Counted from the stretch's first letter, positions 30,978-41,393 are shown. The stretch is 64,000 nucleotides of DNA from Gammaproteobacteria bacterium (GCA_965237805.1 OZ250153.1:896001-960000); one strand, 5' to 3'. Notes: generated from the sequence alone by a model not told the origin. Numbers and translations are program-made.

Positions 30978-32215
30978 AACACAGCATAGATTAAAGCTGT
31001 GGAGGTGGTTTTGTGGTGATTGGCATAGGGGCCAGAAAACCCATGAAAAACTCGTCGACTAGCCGGGGAAATTCAACTAGATTTATATATAAACGGTGTC
31101 CGTATAGCGCCGCCTCCGAAAAATCAAATGTTTGCTCTAAGCTCAATTGCCACATAGCCTCTAGGCTGGAGGAGGCATTCTTGGGGATGCTAATGTATAC
31201 GAAAGTCTCGGTGCCGAAGCTATCGATCAGGGAGCATGGCTCCGTCGCGCAATCCTCCTTAAAATAAGTGGTCGACACAAGGCTTTGCTTTAGCCTGAGA
31301 TCTTGTTTTAAATTCTTGGCCTCCGCCAAAAAATCGAAGAATCTGTAAGCGATCCGGCGGAGAGCTATGGTGATCCGAGTAAATCGCTCTGGATTGATTG
31401 GGGTTGCCTTAATGTAGGCGTCAAGCTCGCTGCGCAGAAAGCCAGCAACATGGTGATCAAAGGCGGATCGGTTGAGATAATATAATAAATTTCCATACAG
31501 AAGTTTGGCTGGCAAATAGCGCCTCCACTTGGCCAGTTTGGCATCGTCCAAGCTGACGATGATGGCTTCGTGATATTCCTGCAGATGACATTCAAATTGT
31601 CTTTTTGATCGTCGACGATACGATTCTCGAAATGCAGCTCCAAGCGGATTCCATCTGGGGTGACTGGCTTGTCTGCACGCAACAGCGGGCGCAGCTTGGC
31701 ACCTTCAGCCAATTCGACATCGCCCTGCCCCGCAGCAGTCTTGAAAGCCAAATAATAGCCGCGCGGATTAACCTTGACGAGTACCGAGCCACTTTGATAT
31801 CGTACCGGCTGTAGTGACCCCAGTGGTGTTTTTCCGCCCCTTCCTCACCGTAGTAGCGGCGGAAAAATCGACATGGGTGCTGGTAGACTGCGTGCGCTAC
31901 AGCTGTGGCGTCGCCACTGGCCAGCTCAGACTGCGCCCCCAATGCCCATGGCTCGGCAGACTGTTGCGGAGCTCCCCCGGCGAATTCTCCCCGCAGCTCG
32001 GCTTACTCGCTCGACCGGTAGTTTGCACACTCCTGCTGTATCTGTGGCAGCAGGCGATTGTCCAAGAAGGCGTTGATCTCGTCTCGGTGCGCGCACAGAA
32101 TCCGGCATATGGCGATGCCCGGATTGAGCGGCCCCCGATGAAGCAGCATGCTGAGATTCTCCCACCAGATGCGCAACGCCCTCAGGCTGAATTTTGCCCC
32201 ACCCAATACCACCAA
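30874..32215 (-). pseudogene. Frameshifted paralog of the Mod-N/sulfotransferase chimera
   Basis: Collinear fragments: ICRILCAHRDEINAFLDNRLLPQI (32003-32215), VYQHPCRFFRRYY (31592-31942), LHFENRIVDDQK (31365-31751), AGFLRSELDAYIK...ISIPKNASSSL (30991-31551). The RDP...S motif region is deleted. Confidence 0.8.
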
Positions 32216-32278
32216 CAGCCAATTTCCATAATCGATAGGCAGGCAAGCAGCGAGCTGCCCTCGACCCCCCTCCTCCCA

Positions 32279-33868
32279 TCAATCCAACACCTCCCCGCCA
32301 CTCGCCCCCTCGACCAAGCGCCGCACGGCGCTGTAGTCCGGCTTCGCGACGACGGTGCGCGGCACTTTGTCCACCAATAACAAACGGTGCGGGCACTTGT
32401 AGTCGGCTACCTGCGCCAAGCAGTGCTCCCGCAACTCCGCCAGCGTCGGTACTGTGCCGGGGCGGGCTTGCACCACCGCCGTCACCTGTTCTCCGAAGCG
32501 CGGGTGCGGGCTACCGACTACGACGGTGTCGTAGACCGCCGGATGGCTCTTCAGTGCCACCTCCACCTCTTCGGGGAAGATCTTCTCGCCGCCGGAATTG
32601 ATGCATGCCGAGCCGCGCCCCAATAGCTGGATGCTGCCGTCTGCCATCCGCCGAGCACGGTCCCCCGGCAAGGCCCAACGCCGTCCGGCGGCATCGGCAC
32701 GGAAAGTGGCCGCCGTTTTCTGCTCGTCCCGGTAATAGCCGAGAGGGATGTGGCCGCTGATGGCCAACAACCCCTCGCCGCCTGGCGGCATCGGGTCCAG
32801 CGTGTGCTCGTCGAGCACATCGGTGTCCTTCTTCATGTTGAAGTTGGCGCTGCTACCAGCACCGAGACTACCGGTCTCGGAAGCACCAAAAGTGTCGAGG
32901 ATCATGATGTCGGGCAATTGTTGCTTGATCTTCTCGCACACTGGAGCCGTCAGCGATGCGCCGCCAGAGGCCCACGCAGCCAAGGAGCTGAGGTCGTAGT
33001 CACCGCACGCCAACTCTTCCACCAACGGTCGCGCCATGGCATCGCCGATCACCGTCAGCGAAACGGGGCGTTCGCGCTCAATCAGCCGCAACACTGCCTC
33101 GGCTGAGAAGCGCTCATCGCAGTAGAGCACACAGCAACCGCCGGACAACGCGGCGATCAGTGTGCTCCACTGGCCACCACCGTGCATCATCGGTGTGCAG
33201 GCAACGGCGACCAGCGGCGCGTTGCCGCACACCAAGCTGCCCAGTTCAGCGGGCGAGCTGATTGGCTCGCCGCCTGGATTGCCGCCCTGCAGGGCACCGA
33301 AGAAGATGTCCTCGTGGCGCCATATCACGCCCTTGGGCATGCCGGTAGTGCCGCCCGTGTAGAGGATATAGTGCGAATCACTACTGCGCAGTGGCAAGCC
33401 GTCGCGCGTCGACGGTGCAGCTGCCAAAGCCGCCTGCCACTCGGGATCCTCCGTCCCCGCCCCGCCGCTCTCATCGCTCAGCACCAAGCGCACCCTGAGG
33501 TCCGGTGCCACCTCAGCTACCAAGGCCGTGTAGCAATGCTCGTAGATCAATCCTTTGAGTTCAGCATTATCGAAGACATGGCGCAGCTCGGGAGCGGTGT
33601 AGCGGTAGTTGACATTGATCGGCACTAAATCGGCCTTGAAGCAGCCGATCATCGCCTCCACCCACTCGACGCGGTTGCGGGCATAGATGCCGACATGGTC
33701 GCCGGAGCCGAGGCCAGCGGAGAGCAGGTGTTGTGCACAGCGGGTAGCACGCTCGTCGAGCTCGGCGTAGCTGCGCCGCTCATCCTTAGCCACCAGCACC
33801 GTGCGTTCGGGCACGGCATCGGCCACTGCCTCATACAGCTCCGCCAAATGGTAGCAACGCGCGTTCAT
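32279..33868 (-). CDS. Acyl-CoA synthetase (FadD19-like)
   Basis: YTGGTTGMPKGVIW, FGASETG, LLGRGSACINSGGEKIFPEEVE. Confidence 0.92.
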   Translation of the reverse strand: MNARCYHLAELYEAVADAVPERTVLVAKDERRSYAELDERATRCAQHLLSAGLGSGDHVGIYARNRVEWVEAMIGCFKADLVPINVNYRYTAPELRHVFDNAELKGLIYEHCYTALVAEVAPDLRVRLVLSDESGGAGTEDPEWQAALAAAPSTRDGLPLRSSDSHYILYTGGTTGMPKGVIWRHEDIFFGALQGGNPGGEPISSPAELGSLVCGNAPLVAVACTPMMHGGGQWSTLIAALSGGCCVLYCDERFSAEAVLRLIERERPVSLTVIGDAMARPLVEELACGDYDLSSLAAWASGGASLTAPVCEKIKQQLPDIMILDTFGASETGSLGAGSSANFNMKKDTDVLDEHTLDPMPPGGEGLLAISGHIPLGYYRDEQKTAATFRADAAGRRWALPGDRARRMADGSIQLLGRGSACINSGGEKIFPEEVEVALKSHPAVYDTVVVGSPHPRFGEQVTAVVQARPGTVPTLAELREHCLAQVADYKCPHRLLLVDKVPRTVVAKPDYSAVRRLVEGASGGEVLD

Positions 33869-33930
33869 CGATTCATGCTCTCCTGCAATGCCCTAGAGGG
33901 CAGTGCGCCAACGCACACCACCGGGGAAGT

Positions 33931-34428
33931 TCAGCTCTGAGCCGCTTCAGCTGCCCGGGCGGCAAATAGGTTGCGGTGGAGTGTCAGACGACTGTCGTCG
34001 CGCTGCTCGATCTCCTCGAAGGTGCGCTCGTAGCCAGTGTGGTAGATGCGCCACTCACCGTCGTCCTCAAGACGATAGCGATCCTCGTAGAAGCCGTTGC
34101 CGCGCAGCGTGGTGTTGTCGTGCAGGTTGATCACCATGTCCTCCAGATACCAGATGCCGGTGGCCTCGGTATCACTCTGCAGGTGGATTTCCGGATGGTG
34201 CCCTTGGTGCAAGGTCAACATCTTCGGTCCGGTCATGAATTTGTCCAAGAACTCGAGGATGGCAGCACGACCGTTGTAGCTGTACTTGCCGCTGTCATAG
34301 CGGGCAACGCAGTCTTCAGTCAGGCAGGTGGCGAGCTCGTCCCACTCGTTGAGATCCAGCGTGCGGAAGTATTTATATTTGACCCGGCAAATGCGTTCTA
34401 TTGCCAGCAGTTCCTGTAGTGCGTCCAT
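33931..34428 (-). CDS. SnoaL-like/NTF2 protein (BaiE/LinA dehydratase-like)
   Basis: IERICRVKYKYFRTLD, HQGHHPEI, ATGIWYLED, GFYEDRY...WRI. Confidence 0.82.
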   Translation of the reverse strand: MDALQELLAIERICRVKYKYFRTLDLNEWDELATCLTEDCVARYDSGKYSYNGRAAILEFLDKFMTGPKMLTLHQGHHPEIHLQSDTEATGIWYLEDMVINLHDNTTLRGNGFYEDRYRLEDDGEWRIYHTGYERTFEEIEQRDDSRLTLHRNLFAARAAEAAQS

Positions 34429-34477
34429 TTTTTCGTCCTCGGGCAGTGTCACGCTTTGTGTTCGAAGGTGCCGAAGC

Positions 34478-35311
34478 CTAGCCCCAGTTCTCGGGCCAAA
34501 TCTGGTGGCTGTCGTCGAAAACTGGGGCGCGCTTCTCGCGCCGTGCGCGCTTGGCTTCGTCCAAGTTTTTGGTGTTGCTCATCAGCAGCTGATTGCGATC
34601 TTCCAAGTCGATCGCAGCCTCTAAGCCGGGAACTTCCAGATTGCTCCAACACAGGCGCTTGGTCAACGTCACGCCGAGCGGGCTCAGGCGGGCGATGCCG
34701 CGCGCCACTTCCAGCGCTGCTTCTTCCAGCTCGTCGTCAGGAACAACACGCGAGACCAAGCCGACACGCTCGGCCTCATCTGCTTTCATAACGCGGCCAG
34801 TGAGCATGAATTCATTGGCGCGCGAAGCACCGATCAGCCGCGGTAGAATCCAGCTGGCTCCCAGCTCGGTGCTACTGAGTCCATTGACGATACCGGTGCT
34901 GTTGAAGAGGGCCGATTCGCCAGCAATGCGGATATCGCCACCGAGGGACAGGCACATGCCGCCACCGTAGGCCGGGCCGCGGACGGCGCAGATCACCGGT
35001 TGTGGCATGGCACGCAGGGCGGGCACAACGCGGGAGAAATGACGCACGGAGCGAAGGCTCAGCTGCGGGATCGTCAAGCCATCCATCCCCGGTGGTATCC
35101 CTTCGTGATCCAAATCCAAACCAGAGCAGAAAGCGCGGCCACTGCCGATGAGGATGGCCACCCAACACTGATTGTCTCGACCCACGACAGCACAAGCGTC
35201 GAACAAGTCCTGCATGAGTTCAGCGCTCATCGCATTGAGCTTTTCCGGCCGATTGAGACAGATGATGCGGATATGCTTTTCGGGGCTTGAAATCAAAACA
35301 GTGTCGGTCAT
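34478..35311 (-). CDS. Enoyl-CoA hydratase/isomerase family protein
   Basis: LNRPEKLNAM, RAFCSGLDL, QPVICAVRGPAYGGG, LPRLIG, MLTGR. Confidence 0.92.
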   Translation of the reverse strand: MTDTVLISSPEKHIRIICLNRPEKLNAMSAELMQDLFDACAVVGRDNQCWVAILIGSGRAFCSGLDLDHEGIPPGMDGLTIPQLSLRSVRHFSRVVPALRAMPQPVICAVRGPAYGGGMCLSLGGDIRIAGESALFNSTGIVNGLSSTELGASWILPRLIGASRANEFMLTGRVMKADEAERVGLVSRVVPDDELEEAALEVARGIARLSPLGVTLTKRLCWSNLEVPGLEAAIDLEDRNQLLMSNTKNLDEAKRARREKRAPVFDDSHQIWPENWG

Positions 35312-35420
35312 CAGTCTTTGGCCAGAACCTCCAGCGAGGGAAGTGGTCAATTAAAGCGTTTATGTAGTTTACAATGCCACCGCTCCGTCCGTAGCGTTTT
35401 CCGTCAGCGGACAATCACCA

Positions 35421-36086
35421 ATGCCCCCAAAAAGCCCATTGCATGCACCGTCCCGCCCCGCATTGTCGATGGCAGCTATGGTGCTGGGGGCGGCGTCCCT
35501 GCTGGTGTTGACAACCGGGCCGGTAGCGCAGGCCGTTGGTCGCAGCTCCCATGTGAATCTATATACCGATAAGCATGGCCACATGCACCACCCCGCCGAC
35601 CTCAACAGCGACCAACAAGTCAGCCGCGACGAGGCGGTCAGCTTCGCCCGCAAACGCTTCGCCGAGCTGGACAGCGATGGCAACGGCTACTTAGATCGTG
35701 AGGATCTGAACGAATGGGGCCAGCAAAAGAACTACCGTGGCCTGCAGCAACTGGGCGGTCAGCTGTTCCTGCGGATGGATCTAAACAGCGATGGTACCGT
35801 CTCAGTTGAAGAAGCCGTCGCGACCGAGCTAGAGCGCCACCAAGATATTGACCAAAACCACGATGGCTTGCTCTCAGTCAAGGAGCACCGCGCACACAAA
35901 CGGGTGCGCCACATCAGGCGCGCCAGCGGCTTCTTTGACCGCGCCGACATCAATCACGATAACCAACTGTCGCGCCAAGAGCTGCAAGGCGCACTGCAAC
36001 AAATGCGGGAACGCCGCAATTATTGGGGTATCGGGACGGCTTGGGCCCACGACCAGGAGGGGGCCGATGGCCCACCAGAGCACTAA
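35421..36086 (+). CDS. Secreted multi-EF-hand calcium-binding protein (copy 1)
   Basis: Signal peptide (AQA); five DxNxDxxxSxxE-type loops (DLNSDQQVSRDE, DSDGNGYLDRED, DLNSDGTVSVEE, DQNHDGLLSVKE, DINHDNQLSRQE). Confidence 0.88.
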   Translation: MPPKSPLHAPSRPALSMAAMVLGAASLLVLTTGPVAQAVGRSSHVNLYTDKHGHMHHPADLNSDQQVSRDEAVSFARKRFAELDSDGNGYLDREDLNEWGQQKNYRGLQQLGGQLFLRMDLNSDGTVSVEEAVATELERHQDIDQNHDGLLSVKEHRAHKRVRHIRRASGFFDRADINHDNQLSRQELQGALQQMRERRNYWGIGTAWAHDQEGADGPPEH

Positions 36087-36177
36087 ACCAAGCCCATGGG
36101 CTACTTTGTCCAGAGCTGCGCAGGTGGCACACAGCCTGCGTTATCTGCTAGTCACCACAAAACAGACATCCGGAGGG

Positions 36178-36825
36178 ATGAGTAGCGTGATGCAATCACA
36201 ACCCACCACACACTATTTTCCCCGCTTCACCGCGCTGTCGATAGCAACAATGGTGACGGGCATTGTGCTCGGTGCCGTGCTGATATCGCTGGCACCCACG
36301 ACGCAATCCGCCACGTCCCTCCAAGATCGGCAAATGGATGGCCGAGGCCACTTCACCCACCCTGCCGATCAAAACGCCGACCGCCAAATCAGCCGCGATG
36401 AAGCGACTGACTTTGCCCGCCAACGCTTCGCCAAGCTCGACAGCGACGATAACGGCTATCTGGACAACGCCGACCTAGCAGGACAGCGCCGCCAGTGCCC
36501 TAAAAAAGGGAGGAGGCTATTACGGCGGATGGATCGCGACCAAGATGGGCAAGTCACCACAGAAGAAATGGTGTTGGGCGCGCTGGAACGCCATCAAAAG
36601 ATCGATGGTGATGGCGATGGCCAAGTCTCTGCCGAGGAGCGCTACCAACACCGCAAAATGCGGCACCAACAGCGCTCAGAACGCTTTTTCGAAGAGGCCG
36701 ACAGCAACGGCGATGGCCAGCTATCGCACGCAGAGCTGCGTAACGCTATGGAGCGGCGGCACCGACACCGCCGACCCGGTGGCACTGGTGCCCACCCCGA
36801 TAGTCCCATCTCCGGAGACCACTAA
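36178..36825 (+). CDS. Secreted multi-EF-hand protein (copy 2)
   Basis: ATG after GGAGGG; hydrophobic leader; DQNADRQISRDE, DSDDNGYLDNAD, DRDQDGQVTTEE, DGDGDGQVSAEE, DSNGDGQLSHAE. Confidence 0.88.
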   Translation: MSSVMQSQPTTHYFPRFTALSIATMVTGIVLGAVLISLAPTTQSATSLQDRQMDGRGHFTHPADQNADRQISRDEATDFARQRFAKLDSDDNGYLDNADLAGQRRQCPKKGRRLLRRMDRDQDGQVTTEEMVLGALERHQKIDGDGDGQVSAEERYQHRKMRHQQRSERFFEEADSNGDGQLSHAELRNAMERRHRHRRPGGTGAHPDSPISGDH

Positions 36826-36924
36826 AAGCCCCTGTCAACCACCTCCATACAACTGCCGGGATCGGCTGTGGCAGCTCGCCACCGCCATCCCGCTCCGAGT
36901 TGCCGTCGGGTCGTGTCCCCCCTT

Positions 36925-38279
36925 TTATACACGGCTCGGCGGCACACCTAAACCATCGCTGGCCGCAGCGATAAAGCAAAAGTTCAATGCGCCTCCAGCG
37001 GGTGATTCAGCTCTCCCGGGCTGTGGGGAAGAAGCCAACAACTCGCCCCAGCGATGAGCCAGCTCGCCACTGTCTATGACCTGCAGCTCGCCAGCGCGCA
37101 CATGCTCGATGCCGTCTATCCAAACACGCTCCACTTGGCTCGAACTCGCAGCATCAACCAATTGCGTGACTGGGTCGTGTACCGGTTGGGTGCGCGGATG
37201 GTCGAAGTTCACCGCCACGATGTCTGCTTTTTTGCCCGGCTCCAAGCTGCCGATTTGATCGGCTAGCCCAAGGGCACGAGCACCGCCTATGGTGCCCAGC
37301 TGCAAGGCTTGGTCAGCACTCAGCAATACGTCGCCCACCGCGAAGGTGCGCGCGAGTAGCGCCGCCAAGCGAAGCTCGAACAGCATGTCCAAGCTGTCAT
37401 TGCTGGCGGGGCCGTCTGTGCCGATACCCACCCAACCCCGGCACCGAGTAGTGCGTCGAGGGCGCACACCCCGCTGGCCAGCTTCAGATTGGACAAAGGG
37501 CAGTGCAAGGCCTGCACTTGGTGTCGCGCTAACAAGACCCGCTCGGCATCGTCGAGATGCACCAGATGTGCGGCTTGCAGCCCGTGAACCAAGCCAGCGT
37601 CGGCGATCAGCTGCAAGGGCCGCTTGCCATGGCTGGCGACACTCTAAGCAATTTCCGCCTCGGTCTCATGCGCATGAATGTGCACACGCAGCCCCAGCTC
37701 GTCAGCGAGCACGGCCGGTCTCGGCCAGTTGGCCGGGGTCGACGGTGTAGACCGAATGCGGTGCCAAGGCGGGGGTGATCAGCGGGTGTCCGCGCCAAGC
37801 GGCGGCAAAGTCACGGCGCCACTGGTTGAGCACATTGATCAGCGGGCCACCGATCTGAGCTCGCAGGCCATTCTCGGCGGCGGCCTCGGGGAAAAATACA
37901 TGTCGGCAAAACAAGTTGTGCCAGACAGCAACATCTCGGCGCTGGCCAAGCGAGTGCCATCCCGAACGAAATCTGCATCGACCCAGCGTTGCTCCAGCGG
38001 CCAAATATAGTCCTCCAACCAGCGCTGTAAGACGGCATCGCTACCGATGCCGCGCAACAGGCTCATGGCGGCATGGGTGTGAGTGTTGACCAAGCCGGGG
38101 ATCAAGAGGTGGTGCGGCAGCTCCACATGGTGCGCCTGCGGATAGGCTTGGCGCGCGGTGGCGGCGGGCAACAGCGTTTGATCCGGTCGCCGTCAATCAA
38201 CAACGCACACCCCTCCAGTGCGCTCGCAGGACGGCAATACCGACACGATCCAGCGTGCGTACAGGAGGGTCTGTGACAT
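36925..38279 (-). pseudogene. mtaD: TRZ/ATZ-family amidohydrolase (MTA/SAH deaminase-like), multiply frameshifted
   Basis: Fragments across at least five frames: [46 protein letters not shown]...HCPLSNLKLASG, GTDGPASNDSLDM, GSLEPGKKAD. Confidence 0.85.
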
Positions 38280-38360
38280 GGTGCGCTATCGTCCTGCCTA
38301 AGGCGATGGGCGGGCAGTGCCCTCGGATCAATCGGCGGCCATGCTCCTAGGCTGATGCTC

Positions 38361-38993
38361 CTAGGCTTGGTCTTCGGCCAGCGTCGTGGCCACTGCTGGC
38401 CGCGAGACCACGCGACCGCGCCAAGCGAATAGCTTGGGCAACCCTTCCAACGGCTCGCCTGGACGAACAAAGGGGATGAACTGCAGGAAGGCGAGCAGCT
38501 GGATATCAGCCACCGTGAAGCGCGAGCCCGCCAAGAAATCGCCGTTCAACTGCGCCTCGAACCACTTAAGGCCATCTTGCGCCACCGCCTTGATGCCCTC
38601 AGCACCCTCGGGGACGATCCGGATGTGCTGGCCCATCATTGCGGCGAACTCGCCGTAGCAGAAGCTGTGGGTCAGCGGCTCGGTGAATAGCAGGGTGACG
38701 CGGCGCGACCACATCAACGCCTCGGCCCGCTCTTCCGGGGTACTACCAAACAACGGCGGACTGGGTTGCAGCTCCTCCAAATAGCTGCAGATGGCGGTGG
38801 TCTCAGTGATGGCGAGGCCACTGTCCAAGACCAGTGCCGGACTCTGGCCGACCGGGTTGATTTTGAGATACTCTTCGCCACGCGATTCCTGCTTCATGAC
38901 ATCGAGCTGGTGGCGCGGCACTGCCATGCCCTTCTCGGCGATGAAAATACGCACAACCATCGGGTTGGGGCCTAAAGACTGATAGAGTTTCAT
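38361..38993 (-). CDS. Glutathione S-transferase family protein
   Basis: GPNPMVVRIFIAEKG, INPVGQSPAL, ITETTAICSYLE, FTVADI. Confidence 0.92.
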   Translation of the reverse strand: MKLYQSLGPNPMVVRIFIAEKGMAVPRHQLDVMKQESRGEEYLKINPVGQSPALVLDSGLAITETTAICSYLEELQPSPPLFGSTPEERAEALMWSRRVTLLFTEPLTHSFCYGEFAAMMGQHIRIVPEGAEGIKAVAQDGLKWFEAQLNGDFLAGSRFTVADIQLLAFLQFIPFVRPGEPLEGLPKLFAWRGRVVSRPAVATTLAEDQA

Positions 38994-39069
38994 CCCTTGG
39001 CTTGCCTAAAGCGATCCGATCGGATGCCCAGTATACAATCCGTCAGAATGCACTATCGGACAAATCGCC

Positions 39070-39636
39070 GTGCCACAGGAGCCGCTCCAGCTCACCGGAC
39101 ACTGGCTCGAGAGCGCCAGGCGCTATCCGTCACCGAATTGCGCACCACGCCCGCACGACGAGGAGCCGAGCTTGCTGGTGATACACGGCATCAGCCTACC
39201 GCCGGGGGAATTCGGCGGCGGTCATGTTCAGCGCCTGTTCTGCAACGCGCTCGATTGTGCCGAACACCCCACCTTTGTCACGCTGAGCGAGCTGCGGGTC
39301 TCGGCGCACCTGCTGATCGAGCGCAATGGCCGCCTATCTCAGTTCGTGCCCTTCGACTGCGCGGCGTGGCACGCCGGAGAATCCTGTTTCGCCGGGCGCA
39401 GACAATGCAATGATTTCAGCATCGGCATCGAGCTGGAGGGCACCGACGACCAAGCCTACGAGGCTCGGCAATACGAGATTTTGGGCGCTGTCGCCAAGCT
39501 GTTGATGCGCCACTATCCGCAAATCACCCCGGCGCGCATCACCGGCCACTCCGACATCGCCCCAGAGCGCAAGACCGATCCCGGCCCAGCCTTCGAGTGG
39601 CAACAGTTGTGGCGCCACATGGAGCTGCCCCAATGA
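39070..39636 (+). CDS. ampD: 1,6-anhydro-N-acetylmuramyl-L-alanine amidase
   Basis: IHGISLPPGEFGG, VSAHLLI, AWHAGES, CNDFSIGIELEG, GHSDIAPERKTDPG. Confidence 0.96.
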   Translation: MPQEPLQLTGHWLESARRYPSPNCAPRPHDEEPSLLVIHGISLPPGEFGGGHVQRLFCNALDCAEHPTFVTLSELRVSAHLLIERNGRLSQFVPFDCAAWHAGESCFAGRRQCNDFSIGIELEGTDDQAYEARQYEILGAVAKLLMRHYPQITPARITGHSDIAPERKTDPGPAFEWQQLWRHMELPQ

Positions 39637-39672
39637 AGGTGCTCGGCAGTCCTGAGCCCGCCGGTAGTCCTG

Positions 39673-40233
39673 TCAGCGCCGCCGCTCGCGCCAGAGAATC
39701 TCGCGCTCATCTCGACGCGCACCGATGCGGCGCGCCAACACAAACAGCAAATCGCTGAGGCGGTTCAAATAGTGCAACAGCACTACAGGCACCGCCTCTA
39801 CCGCACGCAGGGCAACCAGCCGCCGTTCGGCACGCCGACACACAGTGCGTGCCAAATGGCAGCGTGCCACCGCTTCGCTACCACCCGGTAGCACAAAGTT
39901 GGCCAAGGGATCTTGCCCCTCCATGTGCCGCTCCAGCGCTTGCTCCAGCGCCTTGATGTGGCGCGGGCCAACCCGGGGTGGTGCCCCGCCAGACGGCATG
40001 CACAGTTCGCCGCCGAGGTCGAACAGGTCTTGCTGGATGTCCTCCAAAAGTACCGTCAACTCGTCATCGACCACCAGCGCGGCACCGAGCAACCCAATCA
40101 CGCTGTTCAGCTCGTCCAGCTCGCCGAGCAGTTCGACGCGCGGCGAGTCCTTGCCGATACGCCGACCGTCACCGAGGCCAGTGCTACCATCATCGCCCGT
40201 GCGGGTAACAATTTTTGAGAGTCGCTTGCCCAT
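39673..40233 (-). CDS. Cob(I)yrinic acid a,c-diamide adenosyltransferase (PduO type)
   Basis: TRTGDDGSTGL, GELDELNS, FVLPGG, ARTVCRRAERR, YLNRLSDLLF. Confidence 0.93.
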   Translation of the reverse strand: MGKRLSKIVTRTGDDGSTGLGDGRRIGKDSPRVELLGELDELNSVIGLLGAALVVDDELTVLLEDIQQDLFDLGGELCMPSGGAPPRVGPRHIKALEQALERHMEGQDPLANFVLPGGSEAVARCHLARTVCRRAERRLVALRAVEAVPVVLLHYLNRLSDLLFVLARRIGARRDEREILWRERRR

Positions 40234-40359
40234 GCCATCGGTCGGAATCTGACCATATCACCAAACACGCCCCATTCTACCTTCCAACCGCAGGGTGCCT
40301 GACAGCTGGCGAGGGATGCACAAGTACAATTGCGTATATATGGTGTTATGATTGTTGCC

Positions 40360-41001
40360 ATGGCCTCCCCTGCAGTCGATCTGTTATCTCTGTTGGCGAC
40401 GATACGCCCCCCCGCTGGGGCGCCGGAGCATGTGGCGCCCAATAGTGACATCGCATTGATGGACGCCGTGCGCGACGGCGACCAACAGGCTTTTACCACG
40501 TTGGTGCAGCGCTATCACGACGCGATCTACCGAATCGCTTGGCGTACCTTGTTAGACAGCGAGGCGGCACGCGATGCGACGCAGGAAGTCTTCATGAAAT
40601 TGTGGCGGCGACCGACCTGGCAACACAGCGGCGGTGCCTCGTTGCGTACATGGCTATGCCGCGTGGCACTAAATGCGGCGATTGATGCCCGCCGCCGCCG
40701 CCGCCCGACCGTAGATCTACCGGAAGTGGATTTCCCCAACCCGTCGACCGAGCATGGCCAGGACGAACAGCTGCAGACAGAATGGCGTCGTCAGCTCGTG
40801 CATCGCTTGGTGGCTGAGTTACCCGACCGCTGGCGCGAGGTGCTCGTGCTGTATTATTTTGAACAGATGTCTCATCAGGAAACTGCGCAAGTGCTTGGCA
40901 TCTCAGCTAAAGCAGTGGAGTCAGCGGTGGCTCGCGCACGGCAAGCTTTGCGGCAGTCGCTGAAGAGCAAAGGCTTACATGGGGAAATTCTGTTATCATG
41001 A
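40360..41001 (+). CDS. ECF RNA polymerase sigma factor
   Basis: GDQQAFTTLV, ARDATQEVFMKLW, TWLCRVALN, region 4 LPDRWREVLVL...ETAQVLG...VARAR. Confidence 0.92.
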   Translation: MASPAVDLLSLLATIRPPAGAPEHVAPNSDIALMDAVRDGDQQAFTTLVQRYHDAIYRIAWRTLLDSEAARDATQEVFMKLWRRPTWQHSGGASLRTWLCRVALNAAIDARRRRRPTVDLPEVDFPNPSTEHGQDEQLQTEWRRQLVHRLVAELPDRWREVLVLYYFEQMSHQETAQVLGISAKAVESAVARARQALRQSLKSKGLHGEILLS

Positions 41002-41393
41002 GCACTATGAAAACCAACCACAAAGCAGCTGCGCAAGCGACAGCAGACACCGCCAATGGCGGCATCACTCTGCGCGAGTTCGCATCGGTGCCATCCCCGT
41101 CGCCGAAATGGACTTCGACGATGATCGCCCAAGTGATCGCCAACCCACAGCTACACGGGTCTCGGCTGATGCTCACCGTGGAGTGGCTGCAGGAACAGTG
41201 GAGTCAATTCCGCTCGCAACAGGTGGTGGTGGTGGTGCAGCCACGGCTGGCGATGGCTGGTACCATGGCCGCCGTCTTCCTAGCGGTGGTCATGTGGCAC
41301 AGTTCAAGCCAGTGGTCGATAGCAGACAATCTGGAATATTTTGCCTCGACGCTGATAAGCGATGAGATTTACGACTTGGATTGGAGCAACTGA
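40998..41393 (+). CDS. Putative anti-sigma factor (single TM)
   Basis: ATGA overlap with the ECF gene; one hydrophobic helix near the C-terminus. Function inferred from position. Confidence 0.5.
   Translation: MSTMKTNHKAAAQATADTANGGITLREFASVPSPSPKWTSTMIAQVIANPQLHGSRLMLTVEWLQEQWSQFRSQQVVVVVQPRLAMAGTMAAVFLAVVMWHSSSQWSIADNLEYFASTLISDEIYDLDWSN

Noticed and set aside
29023-32215. Calling this a functional type III R-M system
   Set aside because: No MTase catalytic motifs and no Res helicase/nuclease gene in the window.
35848-36177. N-terminal extension of the second EF-hand ORF
   Set aside because: Overlaps copy 1 out of frame; RBS and leader support a start at 36178.
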